This document shows positions 24,869 to 36,700 of a stretch of 57,456 nucleotides of DNA, in pieces. Under the pieces are notes generated by a model that ran no database searches, was not told the origin of the DNA, and saw nothing but the letters and a program-made list of their open reading frames with translations. Position 1 is the stretch's first letter; each line of letters opens with the position of its first letter. Source of the DNA: Vitrella brassicaformis CCMP3155 (taxonomy: Eukaryota; Protista; Chromerida); the NCBI GenBank assembly GCA_001179505.1, contig CDMY01000525.1, positions 1 through 57,456 on the forward strand, given 5' to 3'. Made by a program: the position numbers and the translations under genes.

Positions 24869-25027
24869 AATGGCAATCCCGATACACGAAAGTCCTGTTT
24901 GTCGAGCCTGGGCATCGATGGCCTGGTGGTTGCCCCTTGACAAGGGCTTTCGTCAGCCCATCGATGAGGCCGGCGGAACACAGGGGCTTTCATGAATCGG
25001 AATGAGGGGCGGGACATACATGCCATT
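24869..25027. repeat. Nested imperfect inverted repeat (extended hairpin)
   Basis: AATGGCA (24869) pairs with TGCCATT (25021). The segment 24879-24898 pairs with 24980-25000. GCCT..CATCGATGG (24906-24921) pairs with CCATCGATGAGGC (24958-24970). Confidence 0.6.
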
Positions 25028-26300
25028 GGGCCTGCTAGTGGATATTTTCAATCGGTCTGACGGGGCTGTTTGTGAGGAGGTTCATCCGTCCATGGCGTGT
25101 GGTGTATGCCGTGCCGGTGCGTGTCTGCCTAGTGTGTGTGTGGTTCTGTGTGGCTCCCTCTTGTTGTGGTTGGGAGTGAGTGGCTGACCAGGGGATGCCC
25201 GCGTCCTCTTGCGCATTGTCATCAGTCCATCCATCGATCGGCAGAAAGCGAGGACAGGTCCCCCTGCCACGTCATGCCTTGCCTTGCCGTGTTGTGCTGC
25301 GTTGTGCTGAGTCGCCTGCGTGTAGGGATGTGTGGTGGTCGATACAATGAACGGCACATATGTATGTAGCAAAGGAGACTGGTGCGCGCTCCCTCACCCC
25401 CTCACTCACTGGCTGCCTGGCTGATTTGTTATACATACACAACGGATACCGGACCGGATTTGTCGTCCCTGCATGGATGCCGTCCGTTCTCACTGCCTGG
25501 CCGTCTCTGTCGGACTACTGGATGACTGGATTTCTTCTATACGGGTGCGCACCGTCTCTTGCATTCTCGATCGGCCGGGTGTGTGTCGTGTGTGTGTAGT
25601 GGAATTTTTAGCATGACACCATACCATAACACCATCGTCGTTGGCGTGTTGGTTGGGTCTGGTGCGTGGTGGGCGGGGAATTCGGTCGTTCATTTGGATA
25701 GAGGAGGTGGGCATGTTTCTACCTTCCTGTCACGTGCAATCCTTCCGTGTCGCGCTCTCGGGTCGGTGGGGGGTGGCAGCAGAAGCGTGCAGCATCACAC
25801 AACGGTGTGGCACGACTCTACTTGTCTCTCTCAGGACCCATGAGTGCGAGGCAGGGTGGACGCGCACAGACAGGTGTGGTGTGGTGGCGAAAGGGTCATT
25901 CACCACGAAGCCGAGCCAACTAGCAAGGCCCGTACGTGGCGCGCTGTGTCGATCACTGTATAGATCAACCTGTGAGGATAAGGGAGGTCCTCCAAGAGAA
26001 GAGAGGAGGGAGACAGACAGACCCATTCACACAATGGAGGGATGGATGGATGACACTGCTTGCCTGTCTGGTCGTCTTTGTCTGTCTGTCTGTCTGTCTG
26101 TGTCAACAGCTGTTCTTTTTGACTTTTTCTTCTTTTTACTAACGCTTCGACGAGAGAGGGAGGGGGGAGGGGAGAGGACCGACGCGGTTATATATACACT
26201 ATACATTCATATGTATATATTCTTACTTTCCACTACGTCTTCTCCTTCGCCATTTGTTGTCTTCCCGTCGTGTTACGCCTGGTGTGGTTCGTCTGTATGT
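24950..26300 (-). other. Possible unannotated spliced transcription unit (coding frame unresolved)
   Basis: Several minus-strand GT..AG pairs flank microsatellite-rich intron-like segments and separate short exon-like blocks such as LIYTVIDTARHVRALLVGSAS. I could not fix one consistent ORF. Confidence 0.25.
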
Positions 26301-26738
26301 CTGTCGAGTGGTCGATTGGTCGGACTCAGTGCGCACATTTTTGCTTGGTTGTTGCTGGTTGCTGTGTTGCTGCTCTGGCTGGTCGGCTGGCTGGCTGCTG
26401 GATTGTTCTTAGAGAATGGACGAAGCTTGACACCCCACAATGAGACGAGCAGCTGGTGGCGTGCTGTGGTGGAGTAGAGAGACGACACAGAAGCAACAAG
26501 GGAATGGCCTGGACGGATGCGTGAGAGACATTTTTACTGGCCAATGAATGAACGAACGAAGGAGCGATCCGAGAGCAATTATCCATGTGTACACACACAT
26601 GCTCCTACATATACACATGTATACATATGCACATACACATACGCACATACGCACAACCAATCAATCACTCGCTCATCCGTCGCTTGTGTTGATTGACTGC
26701 CTGGAATTCGGTGACACTGCTTTGGTCGTTCGGTCATC

Positions 26739-28706
26739 ATGCCAGGCGTTCCTGCGAAGGATGACGTCGAGGGCGCCGAGGAGACTCTGCTCTTCCTTCT
26801 CCCGGCTGAGGGCAAGGAGGACAGAATGCTAGACGTATGCAACACAAACACAGAGACACACAACCAGAGAGAGGCATTCGTTCACTGTGGTTGTCTCCGT
26901 CTGTCTGCCTCTGTGTGTGTGTGTGTGTGTGTCTGTCTCATTCTGCCGCTGACTGACAATCAGCTGCCGTACGAGCGCAAGAACGGCTTCCCGTTCAATC
27001 TTGCGGTTGTGAGTTTGGGCAGCGTGCTGACGCTGGTGTTCTTCATGTTCGAGGCGTTGTGGCTGGCCATTCTCATCAACGAGCGGCCCAACTGCCGACT
27101 CTCGGCCGTCCCAGCCCTCTGCCACACCTGCACGTATGGACGGACACTCAGACGGACGGAGACACACAGCAGCTCATCATTGTGTCTGTGTGTGTCTGTG
27201 TTGTCAGTCTGGTGTTCTTCACGACGCCCCTCATCGCCGCGGCAGCCGCACTCTTCGTCGGTCAGACTCAACGACACGACCCACACAATCACACACACCA
27301 TTCGCCCCTCTCTCTCTCTGTGTGTGGTGTGGTGTGCAGCTCAGCGGGCGTTTCTGATGAATCGGCTCTTCTACGAGTTGCTGCGCCGCAAAGCCGTCCT
27401 CATCGTCAGCAAAGGTAAAGGCAGGCACAGACAGACAGACAGACAGCCGTCAACACAGGTATCTCTCCCTGTGTGTGTGTGTGATTGTCAGTTCAAGCGA
27501 TGGCCGATCCGCTGGTGCTGTTGGTGGTGCTGCCGCTGATTCTGTCGATCGGCATGTTCATCTTCATCGACGACCCACTCACAACCATAGGTCAGCCAGC
27601 CAGCCACCTGACCACACCTCACTCCAACCACACCTCTCTCTGTGTGTGTCTGTGTGTCTGTGTGCCTGCAGCCTTCGTGCCGTATTACATTCCCTTCGCC
27701 GCATTCCTGGGCGCCTACTTCCAGCGTGAGCAGCCAACCGACACACACACAGACATGGGCAGATGATCCACACGTGTATCTGTGTGTTGTGTGTGTGTGT
27801 CAGAGATGAACGTGGCTGAGTACGGTGAGATCTTCACGCTGGCCGAGTTCATGTCGAGCGGCGAGCCGGCCATGAGCTACCTGAGCGGCTGCACGACCAT
27901 CAAGGAGGCCGCACTCCGCGACGCCGTGCCGTGGGCCGACCAGCAACTCGCCGACAAGGAAGACTACACACTCAACGACAAACTGGACGTACACACAGAG
28001 GAGAGGACACACTGACTGCCGTGGCTCACTCACTAACTCACTCTTTTGTCTGTGTGTGATGCGCAGAAGTTGCAGGAGCGATGTGCGTGGTTCAAGGACA
28101 ACAAGGAGGACGCGTGGGCTGCCCGCAACCAACGGTCAGTGTGGATGCATCACACACACACACACACACCAACACCAGGTCCATCTGTGAGTGTGTGTGC
28201 CGTCTGCTGCCCAGGCTGGGGACCTTCGTTGGTGTGGTGATGAACTACTTGGCCTTCCCCGGCTCCATCCTGCTGGACCGCAAGTTCCTGCAGACGGACG
28301 CCCGCGCCACGCGCTTCATGGGCTGGTCAGACACACAGACACACACAGAGCCACACACATATGGATGTTTGTGTGTGTCGATCTGATAGGAACCAGGTGT
28401 ATCGCGTGCTGATGTGTGTGGTCGGCGCCCTCCTGCTCGCCGCCGCCATTGCACTCATCCGCGTCGAGGTACCGACAGAGAGACAGAGGTGGCATGCCAT
28501 AAGTGTGTGTGTGTGTCTCGTGTGTGTCAGTTGTCGTCAAGTCCGTCGGTGAGCGGCCGGTACCTGCAGTCGATCCTCGCCGGACACCTCCAGTGAGCTG
28601 CAGCCGCACACACCACACAGATGGATGGATGGACACTGTGTGTGTGTGTGTGTTGGTCAGCCACGTGGGTGCCAAGGTCCCCGAGCTGGAGGGCGGAGAC
28701 TTCTGA
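26739..28706 (+). CDS. Uncharacterised multi-pass membrane protein
   Basis: About 11 exons splice in frame from MPGVPAKDD to VPELEGGDF*, with about six hydrophobic segments (LAVVSLGSVLTLVFFMFEALWLAILI; LVLLVVLPLILSIGMFIFI; VLMCVVGALLLAAAIALI). No family was recognised. Confidence 0.7.
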
Positions 28707-29496
28707 GACCAACACGGCAACCAACACGACCAACTGACGACACCAATGAGCAGACTGACTGACGCACTGACACACTGACACACTGACTGACGAATGGACA
28801 CGCAGAGACATGAATGAACCAACCACAGTGATGTACATATTGTGCATCTCCAGTTGTGTTGTTAGCGCGTGCACCTCACAGTGACTAGCAGCTGTGTGTA
28901 TGTCTGTCTATGTGATTGAGAGCTTTGGGTGCCATTTATTTTTCGAGGCTGTCCGTTGATTCGTTTGCGCGAGTCAGGACGTCAGTCACATCCATCACAT
29001 ATGTCTTGTCTCACCCACAAGCCTCACACACCCCACCCACCGGCACCAGCGCCCACCACTGCAGACAGGCCCCTTCCAGCCACTTATCATATCAGGGGAC
29101 GGCAGGAGGAGGCAAAACACAGCTATGGGCTGACTGCGGTGTAAGGAAGGTGGCATCGAATGCACATTGCATGCACATTGCATGAGAAGAGAAGAAGACG
29201 ATGATCATTGTGTTGTGCCAGATCTATGGTGCATCGCCACAATGCCTGGAATGCATTCATGAGCTCGTGTAATGTAACGGACCTTCCTGCTCTCGCCGTG
29301 AGAGGGGGTTGCGGATGACCTTCATCGCAAGCAACAACTCCATTGCAATGGACTTTCGATGGCTGGCAGCTCCTCGGCTGATCTGGAGCTGCTGCTGCTG
29401 CTGTAACGGTTTCGCCGACACGCTCAGGTCGCAGATCCCTTGGGCCCCAGAATCTACCGGAATCGGCCCCTCAGGGAAGAGAGGATAGAGAACGAC

Positions 29497-31000
29497 ATGA
29501 GGATTCTCTATCTCCACGGCATGGAGGTTTGTACATATGATCTGCCTCAGCTGATGCACTGCACCAGTATCACAATTCATGGATGCATTCTCTTTCCTTG
29601 TCCTTAGGATGGTCCCAGCGGCAGAAGGCCAACTCTCCTCCGGCAGCTGGGCTATGATGTGGACGCGCCTGATCTGGGACTGAGCCGTTTCTTCGATCTC
29701 AAGCGCTGCCGCACGCTGCAGGTGACGGCGGTGTTGCTGGCGGTGTCGTTCATCGGGGTCGTGGCGTCCACGTGGACCCTCTCCTTGCGACTGAAGCTCA
29801 CCGTCTACCGGGCATATGTGTGGATGGTATGGTGGTCCTGCCAGCGAGTGAGCGCTTTTCTGGTGCGGTCCATGGTGTCGGCTGCCACTCGCATCGCCCA
29901 GGAGACCTTCCAAACGCACCAGCACGACGTCATCATCGCCAGCTCGTTTGGTAGGAGCGTCAACGGACGTGGGACTGTGATGAGATGGGGAGTCGGCATT
30001 GATTTTGCTCTTGTTGAATGCTCAGGTGGCGCGGTGCTGCTGTACGGCAAAGCTGCTGGATGCTTCGCGGGCAGTGCCAACATTCTCTTCTCCCCATCTC
30101 AGGGCGTCGTGGGCCCCCTCCTCCACTCGAGCGCAGCAGACATGATAGGTACGCGAAAGGCACTGCACGGCCGCGGCTCGGCACGCGCAAGGAAGTCAGG
30201 TGTGAGCGTGTACAGTGTATGTATGTATGGGTGGTTTCGTGCCGTGCAGGCCTCCCGCCCTCAGAGGGTACCCTCGTCGTGCACGCATCGAAAGACGAAA
30301 CCGTCCCTGTGGAACACTCACTCAAGTCAGCAGCAAACCTTCACCAATCGCATCGCATCCCTCGCCCCACGCCCCTCTCCATCTGTTCGTGTGGGTGTGT
30401 GGTGTGTGTGATTCCCAGGTTGATAACGTCCATGGAGGAGTCTTGCCGTCGCATCGAGATCTGCAAGCTGTCCAGCGAGTCAGCAGGGGACCCCACAGCC
30501 CCACCGGGTGCTGTCAGCGACGATAGGGCGGGTGCCAAGGGCAGAGAGGACGGCGCCGAGCTGCATCAAGGTGGAGGCGGTGCCAAGAGGGACGCGTCGG
30601 GTGTGCCTTACGACGAGTATGAGATAGTTGACGCGAGCGCGCCGCCGAGGGAGGGGGTGGTCGCCAGGCTGGAGATGGTTACACACGACGGCCACTCACT
30701 ACGACACACGGTAGGCAGGAAGGCGAACCGACGACAAAGAGAAAAGACCCATTTGATTGATGCGTGCGTGTGTGTGTGTGTGTGTGTGTCCAGTACACGC
30801 CCGACAACATCCTGTTGTGGCTGTCGACAGTGCGGCACCTCCATTGCAATGCGCTGGGCCTCACCGACACCAGTGGGCCGCAGCGGACGGCCACCGCGTC
30901 ACGGACCACCACCACAGAGGTGACCGATAGCCAGGAGGGCGGCGAGCAGCGTACGGGCCAAAGCTTGCTGCGGCATAGGAGGAGGGGGAAAGGAGCTTAG
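29497..31000 (+). CDS. Alpha/beta hydrolase (YqiA/UPF0227-like esterase) with a hydrophobic insertion
   Basis: MRILYLHGME|DGPSG; nucleophile elbow IIASSFG|GAVL; VVHASKDETVP (Asp); DGHSL (His). Confidence 0.72.
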
Positions 31001-31249
31001 GGAGGGAGCAATACAGACCAATAGAGAGATAGATGGTTCGGGACGCGGCAGCAGGCAGAGTTCTGTGCGAGCCCCGACAATCACATGCCTGTGGGCGGGT
31101 GGGTGGGTGTGTGAATAGATAGATGCTACCTATTTGTCTGCATGGTGAGATGTGTGCACCTGCCATTCCCACTTCAGCCAGACGCGAATTTATGGCTACT
31201 GTGAAACCTTTAGCCAACGAGGAACCGCCGACCACGCGCCGCGTGCGTC

Positions 31250-31930
31250 ATGGATGCAGGTGGGACGATGCTATCAAGATTGGCAGGTCCCTTGCTATCG
31301 GTGCGCTTCAACTCTCTTTCTTTGCCTGCAGGTGGCGAGTGCGAAGGTGAGTAACCCTCGAGCGAGGACCCAAGATCAGGCTTGGAGGCCATGGAGGGTT
31401 ACTCCACGGAGGGCCTGCGAACCGTGAGAGACCTCAAGATGCTGCTCCTCGACGGCACTGGAGCCATCTGGTAGGCAGCTGCCTGTCAGTGACTGACTCA
31501 TATCATCATGGGATGCGGTGTGTACGGACGTACTGTATGTGTCTTGTGTACGTGTCTTGATTCCCCTTGTCAGGTGGGGCACGGAGCTGACTGATGTGGT
31601 CTTCGTCGGTCACGAGGACGCGCAGGACAGCCAGACCATTGCCGAGGTGTTTGGCGCACAGGGGAGCTCCAAAGACCCTTTCAACCCTATCGTCATCAAG
31701 CAGATGGCGCCATGGCCCACTGACGCTGCCTATCAGGCTGCCATGGCCACCACCACACCGTCTAACGCCCAGACAAGTGAGACGGATATGAGATGTATTG
31801 TATGCATATCGCCCCCTCTTGGCTGTTTTCATTGCTTGGTTCAGATGCCGATACCATGAATCAAGAGGGGCCGCTCAGACGTGCCTTCCACCGCGTCGCA
31901 CGCGTGTTCGCACCCAACCAAAACGACTGA
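31250..31930 (+). CDS. Small hypothetical protein, possibly ubiquitin-like fold
   Basis: Four introns splice in frame to give MDAG|GECEG|LEAMEGYSTEGLRTVRDLKMLLLDGTGAIW|WGTELTDVVFVGHEDAQDSQTIAEVFG...QND*. The TVxDLK and VFxG..D..TI pattern is ubiquitin-like but weak. Confidence 0.45.
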
Positions 31931-31952
31931 CCGACTGACTGACTGACTCAAG

Positions 31953-32423
31953 ATGGTGTCTATCATGTCCTCGCGCCCGGCCGTCTCGCATCTGATGCAG
32001 TCGATGTTTCCCATTCGCACGGCTGTCCGGCATCTCTCAACTGGATCGTCGTCAGCAGCTCTGCAGCTGGTGGCCATGCATTTCCATCACATCTACAACG
32101 CACGAAAGAAGGACGCCATCACGTCACTGGCAGATGAGCACGGCTTGACAGGCGTCTATCTCTTCGGCAAGCCGGGGCGCGTCATTATCGAGGGCGAAGA
32201 GGCGCGTGTGCAGCAGTGGGTGAGAGAGATCAAGCAGCTGAGGTGGCAGCAGGCCGTGATGAGGGTCAGGGTTGCCATCACTCGTCGGCATTTCGGCGAC
32301 TTTGGTGAGGCTGACAGCGAGCGGGACTTGGCTAGACGGATGGAGAGTGCGGGCTTGGCGGACATCTATCAGTGCTTCCATGATCTCGATGCGATTACTG
32401 CTGTTGAATCGAGGACATGTTGA
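31953..32423 (+). CDS. DUF1115/Prp3_C (RWDD2 C-terminal-like) domain protein
   Basis: HHIYNARKKDAI...GLTGVYLFGKPGRVIIEGEEARVQQWVREIKQLRWQ matches the RWDD2 C-terminal pattern HHIY..K......L.G....GKPG...EG. The N-terminus (RTAVRHLST) resembles a mitochondrial presequence. Confidence 0.7.
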   Translation: MVSIMSSRPAVSHLMQSMFPIRTAVRHLSTGSSSAALQLVAMHFHHIYNARKKDAITSLADEHGLTGVYLFGKPGRVIIEGEEARVQQWVREIKQLRWQQAVMRVRVAITRRHFGDFGEADSERDLARRMESAGLADIYQCFHDLDAITAVESRTC

Positions 32424-32579
32424 CAACACGAGAGACCATGACAATGTCGGCACGCAGCAAGCAGACAGCAACGTGCAGCCATGCAACAGTCAGCCGCGTC
32501 AAAAACTCGGCAGCAGCGTTCCTCCCACCCCTACTAGCACATCCAATGAATGCCCCAGTGACCGGCCGCTCCCTCCTGC

Positions 32580-32909
32580 CTAGAAATGTGCCAGCACGCT
32601 CTCCCACTGGTCCGTGTGTGCGGTGCCCTTGTTGATGACGCTCAACAAAGCCGGGTTCTCGAGGGCCGCTGCAACACGCTCTGCACAGCAACAACAGCCA
32701 GGCAGAGGCAGGCAACCCTCAGCCACTTTGTATCTATGTGGATCAATCAGATGAGCGGATTACCTTTGTCGTTGAGTTGCTTGTTGATGGCGTCCTCTGT
32801 GTTGTGGCTGCCTGGGAAGATCGACACGTCCACTTTGAACCGGTCGGGTACGCACCGGAGCAACTTGACTCGAAGCATCAGCCCGATCAACATGGCCTGC
32901 ATGCACACC

Positions 32910-32940
<31 letters not shown>

Positions 32941-33578
32941 GCGCGTCCAGACTGTCAATTTGCGCGGTGGCACTGGCGTGTGTCTCTGTGTTGCCTGCCC
33001 CTACCCACCTGTGAGCAGTGTGGTATGGTTGGTGTGAACTGGACAGAGATGTGCTGCTCGTCGTTGTCGACCTTGATGTGATCCATCTGCACCACACGCA
33101 GCTGCTCCAGTGTGTGCGGGTGCTCGGGGTCATTCAAGTGACGAAGCAACTCAAACACCTCCTGCACTCAAGACACCAAACGTGTGCCAACCAGCACACC
33201 ACAGCCGCATCAATCATCATGTCCCTTTTCTCACCTCATCATCAAAGTCATCATACGGCGCAGTAGACGAGTCGCCGCTCACGCTGCCAACTGTTGTGGC
33301 GCGATGGCCATCGTCGGCACTGCCCTGCCCACTGGACGCCTCGTTCAGCAGGTTGAGGAAGGTTGCGAGGGAGAGGGATGTCAGGTCCTTGCTGGATGGC
33401 GTCGCGCCCGACGCACTGCTGGAGTAGACTGTCGGATTGGGGTTGTCCGCCACGAACTCACCGTTGGTCGCCTGCACACACACACAGCAACCACAGGAAC
33501 AGGAGATATACATGTAGCTGATCAACTGGGCCCTTCCGCAGGCTCTGTGGTGATGTGGAGATGCCCGAAGCTCACCAT
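32580..33578 (-). CDS. CIA2: Cytosolic Fe-S assembly component CIA2/MIP18/FAM96
   Basis: [33 protein letters not shown]|[23 protein letters not shown]|ERVAAALEN. The ATG sits at the end of exon 1 (33578), directly before an intron donor. Confidence 0.95.
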
Positions 33579-33722
33579 TTCCGTCCAAAAGGTTGCAAAA
33601 CTTCAGCAGTGGCGGTTTCTGTCGGCACTAACTCATCTGCGAGCTAGGCTTCCAGAGGGGGGAGGACGAAGAAAGAAATGGCGTCGAAATAGGGTGAGGC
33701 TGGGCAGCATTCATAATACGCA

Positions 33723-36700
33723 ATGTTCCGAGCGGTCCATCTATCACGCCATGCAGCCCTTTTCCCTCGGCAGCCCGCCTCCCGCGGAGCACTCATCTGC
33801 CTCTCTAAACGCGTCGGTGCGTCGGCAAAGCCGCGTGCCGACTCATGCAGGAGAGAATTCTCATCGGCAGATCCCTCCAGCCACAAGCAACATCGCAGCA
33901 GCACCTCAGACACAACAACTCACCAGCAGCAGCAGCAGCGGGCATCGTCATCAGCCTTCTTTTCAGATTTTATGCGGCAGGCTGAGCGGCCGTCGGCAGC
34001 ACAGCAGACGGAGGGCAGCGCGGACAAAAGGAAAGATGAGAAGGGCGGCGGCCGAAAGAGCGATGAAAGTGACGACAGGAGTGAGGCGATGGCCTTCCTG
34101 CGAGAACTGTTTTCGCGAGACAGCCCCCGCACATCGCTGAGGGAGTTGTGGAAGATCCTGAAGCCCGAAAGGCCCCGCCTCCTCGGCGCACTCGGTGGGC
34201 CATTCACACACACACAGCGCGCAGCAGTATTCACCGCCTGTGATGAATGGGGTGTGTGTGTGTGTTCAGCTGCGCTGTTCGTGTCGTCTTCAGCAACCCT
34301 GGCATTTCCGCGGCTGATTGGTCATGTGATGGATCTGTTTGGCGACCCGGCTGTGGGGCTGCAGTTCGTGACCGACCAGGCATTGCTGTGTGGGGGTGTG
34401 GTCATCCTGGGAGCTATTGCTTCGTTCATACGCATCTTCCTGCTCGAGACGGCGGTGCGCAGATCCGCACACACACACGTCACATGCACCCACCTGTCGA
34501 TGGAGGTCTGTCTGTATATGGTGTGTGAGTCACAGATAGAGAGGATAGCACTGCGGCTGCGGCACGAGCTGTTTGGCAAGGTGATGCGGCAAGACACCCA
34601 CTTCTTTGACACGCACCGCACCGGCGAGCTGATCAACCGTATCTCGGGTACACTCACACACACACACATGCATGCAGCGTCCCGTCATACCATACAAGTC
34701 GGTGGGTGGTGGATGGGTGGTGGGTGGGTGGTTGGTTCAGGTGACATCACGATCGCCAGCCGCATCCTCATCGAGGCATCGTTCGGTCTCCGGAACCTCA
34801 TCACATCCGTTGTAGGTATACGTGACAAACAAACACAACAAACACAACAAACAGGCAGTAGAGGGATCTGTCTGTCAGCTGATGGTATGGTGTGTGGTGT
34901 GCTTGTGCAGGCACCGGCATCATATTCTACCTGGCGCCCTCCCACCTGGTGACGACCCTTCTGGGCCCTGTCGCCTTCACATTCCTCGGCGCGTTCGCCT
35001 ATGGCCGGTATGGTATGCCCGCCCGTATATGACAGAAATCAAGCAGCACAAGCACAAGGACGTGTGTGTTCCGTTGTGGTGTCGAATGGTGGGTCTGGTG
35101 TAGGTACGTTCGTGACATATCAGTGAGGAAGCAGGATGCTTTGGCGGACTGCATCCAGACGGCCGAGGAGAAGATCAGCAACATCCGAACCGTCCGCATA
35201 TTCAACGGAGAGGCGCACGAGATCAGAAACTTCAGGAAGAACGTCAGGAAGCCGGCCGCAGCAAACCACATGAGATGTCACTTATGTTGGTGATGGTGGC
35301 GTTTGTGTGTTTGTGTGTGTTCAGCTGGACTACGTGTACAGTTTGGCTTTGAAGAACGCCTACGCCACCGGAGGCCGTGTGTTCATCTTCTACACCATGG
35401 GAGGGCTCTTCCTGCTCCACCTCACATACCTCAGCGGCACCATGATCTCACAAGGTAGGTACCTCAGTCAGCCAAGCCAATACAGACGACACACTCACCC
35501 AAGCCGTCCAACCTTCTTTCTTTGTCAGGTCTGATCACCCTTGGCGACACCACATCCCTGGCCATGTACTGCCTCATGACCGGCGGCGGCTACCAGGGCG
35601 TCCTCTCAGCCTACGGCGACTTTCAGAAGGCTCTCGGCGCGTGCCACAAGGTCATGGACATCATCAACCAGCCACAGACAGAGCTCTCACAGCCCTATAC
35701 ACCACCAAGAGGACCAGCTCCAACACCAACACCAAGACCATCATCGGCGAGAGAAGCCGAGCAGCAGGCGCCCTTCCCATCGGTTGAGGTGCTCCGTGAC
35801 TCCCCGGATATGTCGCTGCGCGACTCGGCGGATGTGGCCCTCGAAACTGTCCCTTACGAGCCGCGGATCCGTTTTGAGGATGTGTGCTTCAGCTATCCTT
35901 CGCGGCCCGACCAGCAAGTGCTCAAGGGCGTGACACTCGACATACCTCCCGGCAGCCGACTTGCCGTGCTCGGTCAGGCGGGACACGGGGGAAGGGGGGC
36001 AAGGGGCGTTAGGTGTGTGTGAATGGTGCTGTTGGTGTGTGCAGGTGAGAGTGGCAGCGGGAAGAGCACGCTGGCTCAGATTCTGCTGCGCCTGTACCCG
36101 CCGACGAGCGGCAAGGTCTTCCTGGGCCCCCACTCGCTCATGGATTGCGACCCACGATGGGTGCGCGCACAGGTCGGTACTCCTGCACTCTTGTCCAGCG
36201 GCACACCAACCGATGCACCCTTCCTTTGTTGCCTGCTGCCGTCCTGTGTTGATGGGTGCATGGCAGTTCGGTGTGGTGAACCAGGACCCCATTTTGTTTG
36301 CTCTGAGTATCCGCGACAACGTGCTGTACGGCAAACTCGCCGAAATGGACTACATGAGAGACCAATCGGTACGGCCGGCCACCCACACCGACAGATGTCA
36401 CTTACGCCACACCTGAGGGTGTGCGTCGTGTCCGTGTGTGTGTGTCGTGTCTGCAGGATCTGGAGAGCATGCGGATCGAGAGGCCGCGGTCGAAGAGGAA
36501 GCCTCAGTACGACTCACACGAGCACCTGACGCCCCAGCTGAGAACAGAGTTTGACAAGGTGAGTGGCGATCCAGCGGCCGTGGAATGGCCCCACCGGATG
36601 GTTGTTCCCGTTGTTGCATGTGTGCAGGTGTTGCGTGCGGCGCATGTGGCTGACTTTGTGGAGCAGATGCCCGACAAACTCGACACGTTCGTCGGGGAAA

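Noticed and set aside
24930-25000. Hammerhead-like words CTGACGA and GAAA on the minus strand
   Set aside because: Stems I and III cannot form around a valid NUH site in any permutation I tried.
29257-29925. 222-aa minus-strand ORF, and similar long antisense ORFs (52340-53161, 45761-46267, 6945-7592)
   Set aside because: These are shadow ORFs opposite well-supported genes, expected in GC-rich coding DNA, and show no motifs.
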